Assembly (NCBI RefSeq): GCF_001194135.2
Contig: NC_068988.1
Coordinates: forward strand, 84,371,920 to 84,434,376
Direction: 5' to 3'
DNA length: 62,457 nt
Origin: Octopus bimaculoides
Lineage: Eukaryota
This document shows, in pieces, positions 62,066-62,457 of the stretch (position 1 is the first letter of the stretch; each line of letters opens with the position of its first letter). Both the position numbers and the translations under genes were made by a program. The notes under the pieces are model-generated. The model searched no databases, had not been told where the DNA came from, and saw only the letters and a program-made list of their open reading frames with translations.

Positions 62066-62457
62066 CACTATAGAACTAGAGGAGAAGTTTCAGGTGTGGA
62101 AGCAAGGTCTAGAACTGAAGGGCCTTAGAGTCAACCTAGCTAAAACCAAAATCCTAATAAGTAGGAAGGTAGATAAAACACAAACCCCTTCAGGTAGATG
62201 GCCCTGCTCAGTATGTAGAAAAGGAGTAGGTAGTAACTCTATAAGATGTACCCGGTGCAAGCTATGGACACATAAGAGGTGCAGCAACATCAAAGGCAGG
62301 TTAACTAGCAAGTTAGTTTTTGTTTGTGGCAGATGTTCAGGTGCAATAAAGACTGCAAACAAACAGGAAACAACTTCTATCTCATTCCAGGGTGAAAAAC
62401 TAGAGGTAGTCAATAGCTTCCGCTATCTGGGCGACCAAGTTAGTAGTGGGGGTGGGT
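62066..62457 (+). mobile_element. RTE LINE ORF2 segment (open frame 62076 to window end) containing a PHD finger
   Basis: LEEKFQVWKQGLELKGLRVNLAKTK...WPCSVCRKGVGSNSIRCTRCKLWTHKRC...FVCGRC...LEVVNSFRYLGD; the first ~165 bp are near-identical to 54096-54233. Confidence 0.9.

Overview
Eukaryotic, AT-rich, repeat-dense genomic DNA from a draft assembly (13 N-gaps, about 4 kb). The repeat landscape looks like a coleoid cephalopod (Octopus-like); that is an inference. The only host gene I can support is the 3' part of a focal adhesion kinase (FAK/PTK2-like) gene on the + strand. It has six GT-AG exons (4532-4699, 8771-8870, 11274-11335, 17714-17854, 20676-20756, 26532-26756) that splice in frame and encode the post-kinase linker and a complete FAT domain. 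The rest is introns, a probable long 3' UTR or downstream region, microsatellites and decayed transposons. These are CR1-like, L1/Tx1-like, RTE, R4/Dong-like and Penelope-like retroelements, Tc1 and mariner copies, several MITEs and tRNA-derived SINEs. Best leads: (1) a minimal type I hammerhead ribozyme with a palindromic stem III (58365-58429, minus) inside an ~520 bp unit with terminal redundancy, downstream of a Penelope-like RT on the same strand; (2) a C4HC3 PHD finger inside an RTE reverse-transcriptase ORF; (3) a restriction-like-endonuclease LINE remnant embedded in (TACA)n; (4) a perfect 90 bp palindrome just upstream of a FAK exon and a 138 bp near-perfect inverted duplication; (5) an 84 bp element with 18 bp TIRs and a 10 bp TSD. 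There are no prokaryotic-type systems, CRISPR arrays or rRNA. Most long ORFs in the supplied track are microsatellite or N-gap artefacts. Family assignments come from motif recognition, not database searches.
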